A DNA stretch of 64,000 nucleotides from Alphaproteobacteria bacterium. Lineage in GTDB: Bacteria > Pseudomonadota > Alphaproteobacteria > Bin95. The notes under the pieces were generated by a model. That model saw only the letters and a list, made by a program, of their open reading frames with translations. It ran no database searches and was not told the origin of the DNA. Numbering within the stretch: position 1 is the stretch's first letter; every line of letters begins with the position of its first letter. This document shows positions 59,283 through 64,000 of this stretch, one piece after another. The translations under genes and the position numbers were made by a program. The stretch is from assembly GCA_964291285.2 (NCBI GenBank), contig OZ219787.1, forward strand, positions 1,792,001 through 1,856,000. Direction: 5' to 3'.

Positions 59283-61221
59283 GAGGCGTGTGCGCTGTTT
59301 GGAAGTTCTTTCTGAGCAAGGCATTGCGGAGGGTCTGGATTTTTCTTACCCCGTCAGGATGGCTGATTTCCGGGGTTTTTGCGGTTTGGAGGGAAAGGTT
59401 TTGTGGATTTCCACCCCATGGCCGTGCGCGGGCTGGTTTTCGGGCGCGTCGCGTTGAGGCGCGGGACTGAGTAGAAGGTGTCGCCATCGGGCCTGCGGCC
59501 CTTGTTCCATCCACCGGCGCTGGTTGGGAGAACATGATGGCGACAGCGGAGAAGTTAGCCTTTTCGTGGTGGTCTGTGGAGGGCCTTGCGGACCTTGAGC
59601 GTCTGCGTGTGGTGCTCGACACGCTTCCCGACGAGAAGGTTGTGGCTGCGCTTGAGGCGGGTCGCGGTCGCGGGCGGAACGACTATCCGGTACGGGCGAT
59701 GTGGCGTGCGTTGATCGCGGGGATCGTGTTCCAGCATGCCTCGATGCAGTCGCTGCTGCGTGAGCTGGGCCGCAACCCGGCATTGCTTGAGATTTGCGGG
59801 TTCGAGGCGCTGCCCTTGCAGGGTGCGCCGGTGGTGGCGCTTTGCGCGGGGCGGGTGGTGAGGTATCCGGCGCCGTTGCGCTCGACGGTGCCGGGCGCCT
59901 GGAACTTCTCGCGGTTCCTGGGGCGCGTGGTGCGCCTTGAGGACGAGCGCGGCCTTGTGTCGGGGATGATCGGGCGTCTGCGCGCCTCGCTGTTCGAGGA
60001 GTTGCCGGACTTCGGTCGCCATCTCGGGTATGACGGCAAGGCGGTGGCGAGCCACTCGACGGGCCGGGTTGCCGGGGCCAGGGGGCAGACCTCGGACCCC
60101 GATGCGGACTGGGGCAGGCACGAGACGGGCGGGGTGAACGCGAAGACCGGCGCGGTGTGGAAGAAGGTGAAGTCGTGGTTCGGCTACGGGCTGCACCTGA
60201 TCGCCGACACGGACCACGAGGTTCCTGTGGCCTTCGAGGTGACGCGGGCGTCGGCATCGGAACCCGGGGTGCTGTCCGGGATGCTGGAGGAGTTGTTCGC
60301 CGAGGCGCCGGAGATGGCCGGGCGCTGCGCCGATTTCAGCGCCGACCGCGGTCTCGACAACGCCCGCCTGAAGGCGCGGCTGTGGGACAGGTGGCATATC
60401 CGCCCGCTGATCGACACGCGCCTGATGTGGCGGGTCGAGAAGAAGGAGCCGGGCCATGACCCGGCCCGGCCGATCACGCGACCGCTGTTCCCCGGGCGCG
60501 CCGACGTCATCGTTCATGACGAACGCGGCCGGGTGTCCTGCGTGTGCCCGCAGACCGGCGAGGTCCGCGCCATGGCCTTCCAGGGGTTCGAGGTCGGGCG
60601 CGGCGTCTGCGGCACGCTCAAATACCGCTGCCCCGCAGCCGCCTTCGGCTTCGAGTGCAAGGGACGCCGGGCCTGCCATCGGGCGGGTGGGGTGAAGTCC
60701 GGCGAATACGGCCGCATCCTGCGCGTCGACCTCGACAGCCATGACCGGCGTATCTTCACGCCCACGCCCTGGGGCAGCCCGTCATGGCGGCGCGGATACA
60801 ACCGGCGCACCGCCATGGAGCGGATCAACGCCCGCCTCGACCGCAGCTTCAACTTCGAGACCCATTACATCCGCGGACGCGCGAAGATGAAGACCCGCAT
60901 CGGGCTGGCCCTGGCGGTCATGATGGCCATGGCGCTTGCACAGGCCCGCGCCGGACGCGTCGCACGCATGCGCTCCCTGGTCGGCCCGGCGCCATACCTC
61001 GATACCGGCTGACCCCTCAGCCGACTGCCGACAACGCTGACCCAACCCGCCGGACCCCGGCATACGGACAAACGCGACCGAAGGCCGGCGATGCTGCCGG
61101 GCTGGGCCGCTCAAGTTCGAAAAGCAACCGCGGCGACCGCCTCGAACGCCGGAACAAACAACATCAACACCCGGACCCAACGTCCCATCCGACCGGAAAA
61201 ACCCCACAGCGCAAATTTCTC
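59283..61221 (+). mobile_element. DDE IS copy 3, in tandem with copy 2
   Basis: 6-bp TSD ACTGTT (59277, 61222). Confidence 0.92.
59534..61012 (+). CDS. DDE transposase (IS5/IS1182-like), 492 aa
   Basis: Near-identical to 55058-56536. Confidence 0.92.
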   Translation: MMATAEKLAFSWWSVEGLADLERLRVVLDTLPDEKVVAALEAGRGRGRNDYPVRAMWRALIAGIVFQHASMQSLLRELGRNPALLEICGFEALPLQGAPVVALCAGRVVRYPAPLRSTVPGAWNFSRFLGRVVRLEDERGLVSGMIGRLRASLFEELPDFGRHLGYDGKAVASHSTGRVAGARGQTSDPDADWGRHETGGVNAKTGAVWKKVKSWFGYGLHLIADTDHEVPVAFEVTRASASEPGVLSGMLEELFAEAPEMAGRCADFSADRGLDNARLKARLWDRWHIRPLIDTRLMWRVEKKEPGHDPARPITRPLFPGRADVIVHDERGRVSCVCPQTGEVRAMAFQGFEVGRGVCGTLKYRCPAAAFGFECKGRRACHRAGGVKSGEYGRILRVDLDSHDRRIFTPTPWGSPSWRRGYNRRTAMERINARLDRSFNFETHYIRGRAKMKTRIGLALAVMMAMALAQARAGRVARMRSLVGPAPYLDTG

Positions 61222-61423
61222 ACTGTTGAAGTTGGGCTTGACATATTGGAGGCGGGCAGCTCAAATTGAGTGGCCTCAGGTCGGGGGGAACTTCCGCGTT
61301 TTCGGGCCGGGTCGACGATGGACTTGAAGTTCAGCAGCGAGGTTGTCTCTGATGTAGTTCCGGTGCATCGGCGCGCCTGTAACGCAAGTCCTGTCCGGCG
61401 GTTTTCGTGGCCGATGCATGTAT

Positions 61424-62952
61424 GGGGCTGTTGAAAAGGCTCGATGTCTGTGACTCACTGCATCGATATCTTGTGTTCGAGGAAAGAGAGCCACCAGATG
61501 TTGGGTCACAAGAGCCGCGATCAGTTGGAACTTTTCATCACGGGCTCGCTTCGGCAGCTGGTGCCCGAGGATCATGTTCTGGCGCGCGTAGCCCGAGTTT
61601 TGGACCTTGGCTGGCTGCGCGAGGAAGTGGCGGAGTGCTATTGCGCGGACAACGGCCGGCCGGGCATCGACCCGGAAGTTGCGGTGCGGCTGATGTTGGC
61701 CGGTCTGCTGCTCGGGATCGTTCACGACCGCAGGCTGCTGCGGGAGGCGCAGGTCAACCTCTCGATCCGCTGGTTCATTGGCTACGGTCTGCACGAGCGT
61801 CTTCCCGACCATTCGAGCCTGACCCGGATCCGCCAGCGCTGGGGCGAGGAACGCTTCCGGTCGATCTTCCGGCGTACGGTGACGGCCTGTCTGGAAGCGA
61901 AGATCGCCATGGCCGATGTCGTGCATGTCGACGCGTCACTGATCCGCGCCGATGTCAGCTGGGAGAGCTTGGTCGAGCGTCATGCTGACGAGGTGATGGC
62001 AGAGAACCGTGGCGGAGAGGAGATCGAGGCGGAGAAGAAGGGCCGGCAGAGCGGCAAGTACAAGAAGGTGAGCCGCACCGATCCGGATGCGAGCATGGCG
62101 ACCACGTCGCGCAAGCAGCGTCTTGAGCCTTGCTACAAGCAGCACACGGCGGTCGACGACATGAGAGGCGTGGTTCTCGATGTCGCCGTGACGACCGGCG
62201 AGGTGAACGAGGGCGATATGATCGAGGCCCAGCTCGACGAAGTTCGCAGGATCTCGGGTCGCGAGATCGGAACGGTGACGGCCGATGCCGGCTACGCCTA
62301 CGCCAAGGTCTATGCCGGTCTTGAGCGCCGCAGCATCGACCCGGTGATCCCGGCCAAGAAGGAACCGATCAAGACCCGCGTCCCCTTGCGCCGCTTCCGT
62401 TACGATGCCAGGCACGACATTCTCAAATGCCCACGCGGGAAGATCCTGCGTCCGCAACGGCGCGTAAAGCATGGCCGTTTCTTCTACTCCAGGTCCAAGG
62501 ACTGCAAGCGTTGCCCACTCAAGGGTGACTGCCTGTCGAAAGGACGCGTCAACAAGGCGGTCGTCGTCGGCGACCATTATCCGGCGCTGCTTCGTGCACG
62601 GCGCCGACGCATACGCTGGAGCGACGAGGATCGGCGGCTGTATCGGCGTCACCGCTGGCGCTCGGAGGGCTTCCACGGCGAAGCCAAGACCTGGCACGGT
62701 TTGAGCCGGGCCGTCCGCCGCGGCCTCGACAACATGAAGATCCAAGCCTACCTGACAGCGGCGGCGATCAACCTCAAGCGGCTCGCGGTCCGCCCTTCTT
62801 GCCACCCTGTCGGCCATCTGGACGGCTCGGACGGTCGCTTCGGGCCTCTTACGGGCCCGTCACGCCTGACCCGTCCCCAATGTGCCGGCGACCGCCGAAG
62901 CAACGGGATGAGGCGAGAACCGCGCGACAAGACTGAGTTCTTCAACAGCCCC
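61424..62952 (+). mobile_element. IS1182-family element
   Basis: TIR GGGGCTGTTGAA / TTCAACAGCCCC; flanked by duplicated ATGTAT (or TGTA if the TIR extends one base). Confidence 0.9.
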
Positions 62953-63081
62953 ATGTATTCAGTTCTTGCAGAAACACTTCGCTGTTTTTCCCCCGCCCTG
63001 TCGACGATGCCCTACGCCGCGCTTCCGGATCGCATGACGAATGGCTGGCGTATCTGCGTTGCTGCAACGCCATGGCGATAA
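61498..63081 (+). CDS. IS1182 transposase; reading frame runs past the right TIR (possible 3' frameshift)
   Basis: GRPGIDPE, PDHSSL, HVDASLI, TDPDA, ADAGY, EGFHGEAK, INLKRL. Confidence 0.85.
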   Translation: MLGHKSRDQLELFITGSLRQLVPEDHVLARVARVLDLGWLREEVAECYCADNGRPGIDPEVAVRLMLAGLLLGIVHDRRLLREAQVNLSIRWFIGYGLHERLPDHSSLTRIRQRWGEERFRSIFRRTVTACLEAKIAMADVVHVDASLIRADVSWESLVERHADEVMAENRGGEEIEAEKKGRQSGKYKKVSRTDPDASMATTSRKQRLEPCYKQHTAVDDMRGVVLDVAVTTGEVNEGDMIEAQLDEVRRISGREIGTVTADAGYAYAKVYAGLERRSIDPVIPAKKEPIKTRVPLRRFRYDARHDILKCPRGKILRPQRRVKHGRFFYSRSKDCKRCPLKGDCLSKGRVNKAVVVGDHYPALLRARRRRIRWSDEDRRLYRRHRWRSEGFHGEAKTWHGLSRAVRRGLDNMKIQAYLTAAAINLKRLAVRPSCHPVGHLDGSDGRFGPLTGPSRLTRPQCAGDRRSNGMRREPRDKTEFFNSPMYSVLAETLRCFSPALSTMPYAALPDRMTNGWRICVAATPWR

Positions 63082-63163
63082 GCGCTCGCGCGTTCGATGC
63101 GCGAAGGCGCGGCCTCCGGTTTGCGTGCCGCGTGGGTAGAACGTCTTGACGACCAGCGGCGGC

Positions 63164-64000
63164 ATGCCCGGACATTCCGGTTCTGAGCTGACGAAACTGC
63201 TCGAAACCGTCGATATCGGTCGCAGCAGGACGGTCGGGGAGGAAGGCCCTGCGCCGGAGACCGCCGACCAGTATGCCGCCCATATCATCTGGACGGCCAG
63301 CAAGCCGCTGCTGCCGAAGCGGCGCTATCTCATTCATTTTGCCAATGTCTCAGCGGTTGCGCAGGTCACCGAGATCGTTCACCGGATCGATACGGATACG
63401 CTGGAGCATATGGCTGCAAGGACCCTGGGTCCCGAAGAGATCGGCTATTGCAAGCTGTCGCTCGACCGGCCTGTTGAGTTGGATTTTGCCGCCGACCGCA
63501 GGGCGGGCGTGTTCAGCCTTGCCGACCTGCTCACCGGCGAGGAAGCGGGCACGGGCGCCATCGAATTCGCGCTCCGCCGCGCGACCAATATCGTCCGGCA
63601 GGAGTTGAAGATCGACAAGGCGGCGAGGTCGCACGCTCTCGGGCAGCGCCCCTGCGTGTTATGGATGACCGGCCTGTCCGGGGCGGGGAAATCGACTGTC
63701 GCCGACCGCGTGGAACAGAAGCTCCATGCAAGCGGCAGGCGCACATATCTTCTGGACGGGGACAATGTCCGGCTCGGGCTCAACAGGGACCTCGGTTTCA
63801 CCGAGCGCGACCGGGCCGAGAACGTCCGCCGCGTGGCCGAGGTCGCGAAGCTGATGGCCGATGCGGGGCTGATCGTGATCGTTTCCTTCATCTCCCCATT
63901 CAGGTCCGAACGCAGCATGGCGCGCGACCTGATGGAGGAAGGCGAGTTCCTGGAGATATTCGTGGACGCGCCGCTTGCGGTCTGCGAGACACGCGACCCG
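63164..64000 (+). CDS. cysC: Adenylyl-sulfate kinase fused to CysN domain III (degenerate CysNC), runs off window end
   Basis: Manual translation: [52 protein letters not shown]. Confidence 0.85.
   Translation, partial: MPGHSGSELTKLLETVDIGRSRTVGEEGPAPETADQYAAHIIWTASKPLLPKRRYLIHFANVSAVAQVTEIVHRIDTDTLEHMAARTLGPEEIGYCKLSLDRPVELDFAADRRAGVFSLADLLTGEEAGTGAIEFALRRATNIVRQELKIDKAARSHALGQRPCVLWMTGLSGAGKSTVADRVEQKLHASGRRTYLLDGDNVRLGLNRDLGFTERDRAENVRRVAEVAKLMADAGLIVIVSFISPFRSERSMARDLMEEGEFLEIFVDAPLAVCETRDP

Overview
High-GC alphaproteobacterial (Rhodospirillales-like) chromosome segment. Bases 1-34.9 kb are mostly core and metabolic genes: a molybdenum-hydroxylase (XDH/Cox-like) operon, the rpsB-tsf-pyrH-frr-uppS-cdsA-dxr-rseP-bamA-skp-fabZ-lpxA-lpxI cluster (lpxD and lpxB absent from their usual positions), a thiolase/OB-fold pair, a TAXI-TRAP transporter, a polyamine-type ABC transporter and a TPP enzyme. 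An acyl-CoA ligase is cut off at ~34,885, and the rest of the window is an insertion-sequence graveyard around an RND efflux pair. It contains a five-level nest (IS630 > 207-bp mini-element > IS256 > unclassified IS > IS1380), two IS66 elements, three copies of a DDE IS, an IS1182, remnants of IS21, ISKra4, IS110 and a group II intron, and ends in a degenerate cysN-cysC. The most interesting signal is a ~207-bp non-coding mobile unit present three times (once as a head-to-tail dimer). It inserts at a CAAA core without terminal inverted repeats and shares its terminus with an adjacent IS110 remnant, so it is a candidate non-autonomous, RNA-only (bridge/seek RNA) IS110 mini-element. A LexA-box promoter ahead of an orphan IS630-type HTH gene and a helically phased CATGACA array are also notable.
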